64,000 bases of DNA from assembly GCF_009914755.1 (NCBI RefSeq), contig NC_060934.1, one strand, 5' to 3'. Shown here piece after piece: positions 63,545 through 64,000 of this stretch. How positions within the stretch are numbered: position 1 is the stretch's first letter; each line of letters starts with the position of its first letter. Under the pieces are notes generated by a model. That model ran no database searches, was not told where the DNA came from, and saw only the letters and a list, made by a program, of their open reading frames with translations. The stretch comes from the human T2T-CHM13v2.0 reference genome, Homo sapiens. The translations under genes were made by a program, and so were the position numbers.

Positions 63545-63681
63545 TTGTGCTTCTAGATTTACCATGGAGTTATGTCAGGATAAACTTTTCGTAAGTTGAA
63601 AATATTGTAAGTTGAAAGCACATTTTTAACAGGATATTTTCAGCTTATGATGGGGTTATTGTAAGGTGAGGAGCATCTGTA
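63545..63681. mobile_element. Short palindromic MER47-family MITE
   Basis: A MER47 left-end-like sequence (gttatgtcaggataaac...cgtaagttgaaaatattgtaagttgaa) is followed by an inverted end copy (gatattttcagcttatgatggggtta...gaggagcatctg|ta). Confidence 0.65.
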
Positions 63682-63811
63682 TTGTATATTATGAGCTAAA
63701 TTTTGGTGATACTGTTCATAAGATATACATTGAACCACTTTCTTTCTGAATTCTTTTATCTGCCTTCATTCTGGCACATATTTTTCTTTTTTTTTAAATT
63801 TACAATTTTAA

Positions 63812-63998
<187 letters not shown>

Positions 63999-64000
63999 AG

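Overview
Human (primate) genomic DNA, AT-rich and extremely Alu-dense, lying inside the MLLT10 (AF10) gene, which is transcribed on the + strand. Five internal coding exons (29427-29481, 38458-38567, 55478-55581, 57961-58054, 60243-60338) have canonical AG/GT boundaries. They splice in frame to 153 aa ([10 protein letters not shown]...DKHHEKEKK), the zinc-knuckle and second PHD finger of the AF10 PZP module plus the following basic/Ser-rich stretch. The first 77 nt appear to be the end of an intronic alternative terminal exon of a short isoform. The rest is intron filled with Alus, old antisense L1 fragments, LTRs (MER41, THE1/MST, MLT1), Tigger-family DNA transposons, an L2, MIRs, microsatellites and a U6 retrocopy. 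Nearly all ORFs in the supplied track are repeat artefacts. I see no evidence of a wholly new gene system. The best leads are a solo MER41 LTR with two intact STAT GAS sites, an Alu-free ETS/GATA/RUNX cluster before one exon, a stop-free in-frame circRNA candidate, an AG|GT recursive-splice-like site, and repair scars in Alus including an 18-bp templated insertion. Repeat subfamily calls, exon numbering and literature points come from memory and were not checked by search.
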